DNA of 64,000 bases, taken from the NCBI GenBank assembly GCA_040876345.1, contig JBBDPM010000004.1, positions 14,980 through 78,979 on the forward strand, written 5' to 3'. This DNA comes from Candidatus Woykebacteria bacterium (lineage in GTDB: Bacteria > Patescibacteriota > Microgenomatia > Woykebacterales > RBG-16-39-9b). Position 1 is the stretch's first letter. Each line of letters opens with the position of its first letter. The notes beneath the pieces were generated by a model. That model searched no databases. It was given only the letters and a program-made list of their open reading frames with translations, and was not told where the DNA came from. Below, piece after piece: positions 59,710 through 64,000 of this stretch. A program made the translations under genes and the position numbers.

Positions 59710-59918
59710 CAGGTATTGGCGAGCCTTTTTTATCCTTGTTTTGTTGTTGGGTGGGGGAATTCTTAAACCAAGACCAAAGAAGGATCGCCAACTATTTTAG
59801 TTGGTAATCCCAATAATGATACTAATTTGGTTTAAACAAGAGGTCATTTTATTTAAATACTAAAACAAAGTACGCTTGTCAAGAAAATTAACCCTTGGCA
59901 TAATACCTGAATCCTTGA

Positions 59919-60143
59919 TTAGAACTTCAGACATTCGTAATATCGTGCTTCGTCAAACACTACTTCCTGCCCAATTGCAATTTTTTGAGCACTCTCAGAG
60001 TCATCACCTCGGTCAACTAAGTATGTCGCTGCCTGTAAGCACTCTGCTTTCGCTCTCGGCCTAGCTACAAAAAAGAGATATGAGAAAAACATAAGTACAA
60101 TTGCTAAAAGTAAAATTATCAAAGCAATAAATTTTTTATTCAT
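59919..60143 (-). CDS. Small membrane-anchored hypothetical protein
   Basis: N-terminal TM helix; 74 aa. Confidence 0.35.
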   Translation of the reverse strand: MNKKFIALIILLLAIVLMFFSYLFFVARPRAKAECLQAATYLVDRGDDSESAQKIAIGQEVVFDEARYYECLKF

Positions 60144-60156
60144 AATGTTTAAACTA

Positions 60157-60232
60157 TGGGGTGGGTTAGGGGACTCGAACCCCCAGCCTTCTCCTCCACA
60201 GGGAGACGCTCTGCCATTGAGCTAAACCCACC
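60157..60232 (-). tRNA. tRNA-His (anticodon GTG) with genomically encoded G-1 and CCA
   Basis: Acceptor GTGGGTT/AACCCAC. The extra 5' G pairs with discriminator C73. Anticodon loop CTGTGGA. Confidence 0.85.
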
Positions 60233-60236
60233 ATGA

Positions 60237-60312
60237 TGGCACGCCCAGAGGGATTCGAACCCCCGACCTCATGGTCCGAAGCCATGCGCTCTATCCACTG
60301 AGCTATGGGCGC
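60237..60312 (-). tRNA. tRNA-Arg (anticodon TCG), CCA encoded
   Basis: Acceptor GCGCCCA/TGGGCGT (G1-U72), D-arm GCTC-AGTGGATA-GAGC, anticodon stem CATGG with loop CTTCGGA, T-loop TTCGAAT. Confidence 0.8.
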
Positions 60313-60339
60313 ACATTTATCAATTTTTCAAAACAGCCT

Positions 60340-60416
60340 TGGAGCGGGAGACGGGATTCGAACCCGCGACCTTCTCCTTGGAAGGGAGACGCTCTAGCCA
60401 GCTGAGCTACTCCCGC
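60340..60416 (-). tRNA. tRNA-Gly (anticodon TCC), CCA encoded
   Basis: Acceptor GCGGGAG/CTCCCGC, anticodon stem TCTCC with loop CTTCCAA, T-loop TTCGAAT. Confidence 0.85.
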
Positions 60417-60460
60417 ACGATCGTGATTATATCAAAATTGTAAGTCAGATTCAATTTGAA

Positions 60461-61033
60461 TTACGTAAGATTTGTTTGGATAATATCGGAAAGAAGTATG
60501 CCTTCAACAATGAGTCCTTTGTGACCAAGCTCTGCTACCACTAGGTCTTTAATTTTTCTCTCAGCATCATGACGGGTGGATGAATTCAGTTGCTGATATG
60601 TAAACTCGGAAAGTGCCGTGCGAATTCTACTTCTTGATACTGGCCGAATTATTTTTGAAACAAAATCCTCCCCAATGTTTTCCCACAGAGAAACAATACT
60701 TTCCTTATTTATTCTTACCAGAATCGTACCTTTAACAGTGATATTAATGTTATCGGAAGTTGTAGCGTTAATTGGGTCGTCTCCCAAAGCTTCTTTGTTT
60801 TCCTCTGCATTAAAGCCTTCCCTGATAGTATATTCAATAGTCTGAGCGTTAAAAACCTTGGCTTTTTGCCAAAAGGGGATTTTGAAGTGAAGACCAGGCC
60901 CCCAAGTGGTGCGAAGTACACCTCTGCCTTTATCATATACTGTCGAGATGTGACCAGGCGGCACATCGACAAAGAAACCACCGGCTACTTCATCTACCAA
61001 AAATGATATTACTAATTTATCAAAGGATGCCAT
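60461..61033 (-). CDS. SPFH/Band-7 (stomatin/prohibitin-like) domain protein
   Basis: PGLHFKIPFWQKAKVFNAQTIEY fits the SPFH N-terminal pattern. Confidence 0.6.
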   Translation of the reverse strand: MASFDKLVISFLVDEVAGGFFVDVPPGHISTVYDKGRGVLRTTWGPGLHFKIPFWQKAKVFNAQTIEYTIREGFNAEENKEALGDDPINATTSDNINITVKGTILVRINKESIVSLWENIGEDFVSKIIRPVSRSRIRTALSEFTYQQLNSSTRHDAERKIKDLVVAELGHKGLIVEGILLSDIIQTNLT

Positions 61034-61053
61034 ATTTAACTCTCAAAGTGTTA

Positions 61054-61794
61054 CTAACCCCGTCTTCCGGCGTGCATTATGGTTTTTATAGCAAGTGAGA
61101 AACCCACTGAAGTTGCCACAAAAACTGCCTTGGCGCTTGGCAGTAACATCAAGATTATAAAACTAATGACGGGTAAAATCAACGGATCCCACCGATCCGA
61201 CAAATGAAATCCAATATGTTTTTTCTCGTTATACTCCCACATACGCTCAACGAACAACACAACTGCAGCTATGAAACTTAGAATAAAGGCTGGGTGTGTT
61301 AAATCAAAGCCAAAAAAGAGAGTGTTTATCACATCCGGACCTTTGACAAAGCTGTATAAATGCCCATATCCAGAATTGATAATTCCCACCTGAAGAATTT
61401 GATAAAGCGCAATTAAGAAAATCACCTGGGCAAAAATTGGGATGGATTCAAGAAAAGGGTTGATACCGTGAGGTTTTGTAATTGCGGACACTTTTTCAAT
61501 TTTTTCCCGGGATGTCAGTTTTTTATCAGTCTCAATCTGATCTATTAAAGGCTTTACTTTCTCAAGCGCCTTATCCTGTTCATAGCTTCGCAATGTAAAG
61601 TGTAGAAAAATAAATCTGATTAAAATGGCCAGACCAATAATGGTTATCCCAAAGTTCGGACCAGGGGATAGGTTGTAACTAAATACAACTAGGTTTAGAA
61701 CGGGCTGATAAACAATTAAATTCCAAGCGTTGATAAAAAAATCAAACATTTTAAAAAATAGGCGCCCAAGAAACCAATTTCGAACTACTAACAA
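61054..61794 (-). CDS. yidC: Membrane protein insertase YidC/Oxa1 (short monoderm type)
   Basis: QPVLNLVVFSYN...GLAILIRFIF... and the 5-TM core. Confidence 0.75.
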   Translation of the reverse strand: MLVVRNWFLGRLFFKMFDFFINAWNLIVYQPVLNLVVFSYNLSPGPNFGITIIGLAILIRFIFLHFTLRSYEQDKALEKVKPLIDQIETDKKLTSREKIEKVSAITKPHGINPFLESIPIFAQVIFLIALYQILQVGIINSGYGHLYSFVKGPDVINTLFFGFDLTHPAFILSFIAAVVLFVERMWEYNEKKHIGFHLSDRWDPLILPVISFIILMLLPSAKAVFVATSVGFSLAIKTIMHAGRRG

Positions 61795-61956
61795 AAGCTA
61801 TTTTAACACATTGGAAGTTTCCAAAAATCTGCTAGAAACAAAAGATGATTAGAAAGGAGATCTGGACGCAAGTCCAAAGTAGGATCGGGTTTAAACATTA
61901 CTTTTGGCCAAGAAGAGCAGTTTTAAACTTTAAACTAAAAATGCTAAGATTTAACC

Positions 61957-62874
61957 ATGCAAGATGATAATCCAGAATCCAAAGAATTAGACATCCCACC
62001 AGAGCAAATGATGTCTGACCGTGGGCGAGAAGAGATAGGACAAAAATTTCAAGACCAGCTCGAGCATACTAAAAGGGACATTTTTCCCTTAGATAAAAAC
62101 AAGATAGAAGTAATTGCCCCAGATAACAGCCAACTTTTTGCAATTTTTAAAGTGGAGGATGAGTGGGGGACCGACTTCCACAGAAAGTACTTTTCCTACG
62201 ATCCCCAAACCGGAAAATTTTTAGAAGCTTCGTCTGTTAGCATCGAAAAAGCGCAGGATGAATATTTGAGATTTACAAAAGTGGGAAGAACTATAAGAGT
62301 GCCCTTCCGTGAGATTGAAGAAGTGGGTTTTGATTTTTGGGAAAATACTGAACCTGGTGAAGTTCGATATATACAAACCATTTTTAAAGGCGATCAAGTA
62401 CTAATACACAACTCAGGTCAATATAAAGAAGCGCAAAGAACTGGAATAGAAGTGGGTTATAGTAGAGAAAAGGGGGTGCTAGATCGAATCGGCGCCGTTA
62501 CCCCAGCGCGGCACTTTGTACCAAACGATTTCAATCTAATAGCTGATCTAGATAGTGAGGAGGCCTTTGAAGATTTGATAACACAGGCGTCTCAGGAAGG
62601 CGGCGAAGAATGGTTAAATAATGACGGATCTACTTGGGCAAGAGTTCCCTTTGACCCAAGTATAGGTATGTTTACCATGGAAGCAATTGGCCTGGAAGGA
62701 GAGCCAATATATGAAATTAACTTCCCCCAAAGAATTGATACCCAAGCAGTTATTGCTGAATTTAACCCCAAAAGGTTCTATGAAAACCCAACTTTACCTC
62801 CTGAAGAGGACTTGAAATGGAAGGGTTTAGAGTTCTCGACAGTTGTAGGTGTGAAAATTACTCCTTTAGTATAG
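61957..62874 (+). CDS. Hypothetical acidic cytoplasmic protein
   Basis: Clean 305 aa ORF. No recognised domain. Confidence 0.5.
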   Translation: MQDDNPESKELDIPPEQMMSDRGREEIGQKFQDQLEHTKRDIFPLDKNKIEVIAPDNSQLFAIFKVEDEWGTDFHRKYFSYDPQTGKFLEASSVSIEKAQDEYLRFTKVGRTIRVPFREIEEVGFDFWENTEPGEVRYIQTIFKGDQVLIHNSGQYKEAQRTGIEVGYSREKGVLDRIGAVTPARHFVPNDFNLIADLDSEEAFEDLITQASQEGGEEWLNNDGSTWARVPFDPSIGMFTMEAIGLEGEPIYEINFPQRIDTQAVIAEFNPKRFYENPTLPPEEDLKWKGLEFSTVVGVKITPLV

Positions 62875-63168
62875 GGATTTCAGTATTATTATCGATCAAG
62901 ATAAGGCGAGGAGTACATTTTAACAGCTAAAGTTGGTGCGTCTTTATCGTTGTAATTGCTTACTCGAATGCACTCGGCTCAGGAAGTAATGGTTGGTCGC
63001 GTAGAGGCTCAAGATTTTGAACTTCTCACTAAAGCTATTTTAACATACTGGAAACCGCCGGAAATTGATTGGAAGAAAATAGCACTTAGCCAATCGAATT
63101 CGGTGAAAGGCCAAAGTGGAATGGGATTTGAGTATTACTACTGATCAGGGAGATCAGTTTTGAACTTA

Positions 63169-63792
63169 TTAATACTTAATGTGGAAAATAAAGAATGGTT
63201 TGTCAGAAACTTCTCTTACCAGAGTGCCACCTAAAATTTGCTTCATTTCTTGTCTCTCGCCTTTTGTAAACCATTTACTAGTGTAACCGGTTTTGCTTAC
63301 ATAAACTCCCTTTTCAGAATCGCACTTGTCTATATCCGGCTCGCCAACCAATTTCGCAGCCGAGGTATACATATCAATTGCAAATTCAGAAAAAGCCTCT
63401 TGTTTGAATGAAGAAAGGATAATCTCACCCTTGCTAGCCTCGGCTACTTTCCTCATTTGCTCTAAACCAACTTTCCAATCTCCTATCCACGGACCAATTG
63501 AATTTTGCAAACACAGCAGTACTGGATTTATCAACTCATAACCTGAAAGTAACTCTGATAATTTGTTTGCGTCTCCTCGGATAATTTGAAGGTTGGGAAT
63601 TTCTGTCACCTTTTCCTCTAAGTCCTTAAACATAGAATCGTCAATCTCAACTGCGACCACATTTCTCGCTAAATCTGATAAGGTTGCAAGGACTCTGCCG
63701 TAGCCAGCTCCAACATCTATAAACGTTTTGCTCTTGGGGTTTTCGACTTCTTTAACAAACTCAATTTCCTGTTCTCCATACTGACGAAGCAT
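63169..63792 (-). CDS. Class I SAM-dependent methyltransferase
   Basis: Motif I FIDVGAGYGRV. Start placed at ATG 63792 (MLRQYGE) or GTG 63855, because the ORF-track N-terminus overlaps tRNA-Pro. Confidence 0.65.
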   Translation of the reverse strand: MLRQYGEQEIEFVKEVENPKSKTFIDVGAGYGRVLATLSDLARNVVAVEIDDSMFKDLEEKVTEIPNLQIIRGDANKLSELLSGYELINPVLLCLQNSIGPWIGDWKVGLEQMRKVAEASKGEIILSSFKQEAFSEFAIDMYTSAAKLVGEPDIDKCDSEKGVYVSKTGYTSKWFTKGERQEMKQILGGTLVREVSDKPFFIFHIKY

Positions 63793-63893
63793 AGGAAAAT
63801 TTGTAGCCTCAACGTATTTTCGATAATTATCAGGGGACCAATTGAATTTTTTCACTACAGTAGACCTCAGATTTAAAAAATTGTTAAAAACCT

Positions 63894-63968
63894 TGGTCGG
63901 GGTGACAGGACTTGAACCTGCGGCCTCACGCTCCCAAAGCGCGCGCTCTACCACTGAGCTACACCCCG
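63894..63968 (-). tRNA. tRNA-Pro (anticodon TGG), CCA encoded
   Basis: Acceptor CGGGGTG/CACCCCG, D-arm GCTC-AGTGGTA-GAGC, anticodon stem CGCGC with loop TTTGGGA, T-arm GCAGG-TTCAAGT-CCTGT. Confidence 0.85.
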
Positions 63969-64000
63969 ATGTTTATACTAACCTGTCTCTTCTGGTGCAC

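Noticed and set aside
63793-63954. N-terminal 54 aa of ORF 63169..63954
   Set aside because: It overlaps tRNA-Pro (63894..63968). The methyltransferase most likely starts at ATG 63792 or GTG 63855.

Overview
This 64 kb window is AT-rich bacterial chromosome. Its gene content points to a small-genome monoderm, consistent with Patescibacteria/CPR and possibly Saccharibacteria-like; that assignment is an inference and no search was run.

Core region, from about 23.3 kb onward:
- the F1Fo ATP synthase operon in canonical order atpBEFHAGDC
- gpmI, rsmI, DedA, Nramp/MntH
- lexA followed by uvrB, uvrA, a REC-only response regulator, a transglutaminase-like secreted protein, a compact uvrC lacking the HhH domain, a holin-like protein, secG and an SBP_bac_5 binding protein
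- H+-pyrophosphatase, PEP synthase, a CYTH protein, Lon, SPFH, YidC and a SAM methyltransferase
- eight tRNAs: Lys-CTT, Arg-TCT, Lys-TTT, His, Arg-TCG, Gly-TCC and Pro-TGG with encoded CCA, His with an encoded G-1

Accessory region, the first ~16.5 kb, looks like an integrative or conjugative element carrying defence cargo:
- a minus-strand operon GIY-YIG(T5orf172)-N6A MTase-DUF262 (the last running off the window edge) and a DUF3800 gene, each preceded by a copy of a ~66 bp direct repeat
- a minimal Gram-positive-type T4SS-like module: two pilin-like paralogs (one fused to a VirB6/TrbL-like polytopic protein), a PrgI/VirB3-like protein, VirB4 split into two overlapping ORFs, and an M23 peptidase
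- an XRE regulator, a single-HKD PLD nuclease translationally coupled to a large serine recombinase, and a DnaD-like protein
- stand-alone DUF4238 and SIR2_2 genes, which are candidate defence genes

Between about 16.6 and 22.45 kb two copies of an intergenic repeat family (one ~230 bp, one ~128 bp) flank a 5.5 kb segment. That segment holds secreted or membrane proteins, an alpha/beta hydrolase, a decayed Phd/YefM-RelE toxin-antitoxin pair, a heliorhodopsin and an SDR.

There are GC-rich, ORF-poor, highly structured intergenic islands. The two strongest lie between lexA and uvrB (about 430 nt, with its own strong promoter) and between uvrB and uvrA (about 330 nt). A third hairpin region lies next to the recombinase, and a fourth, ambiguous GC-rich segment lies upstream of lon. 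I could not assign any of them to RNase P, tmRNA or SRP from motifs.

No CRISPR array or rRNA was seen. Many ORF-track entries that lie antisense to the large genes or overlap tRNAs are spurious.
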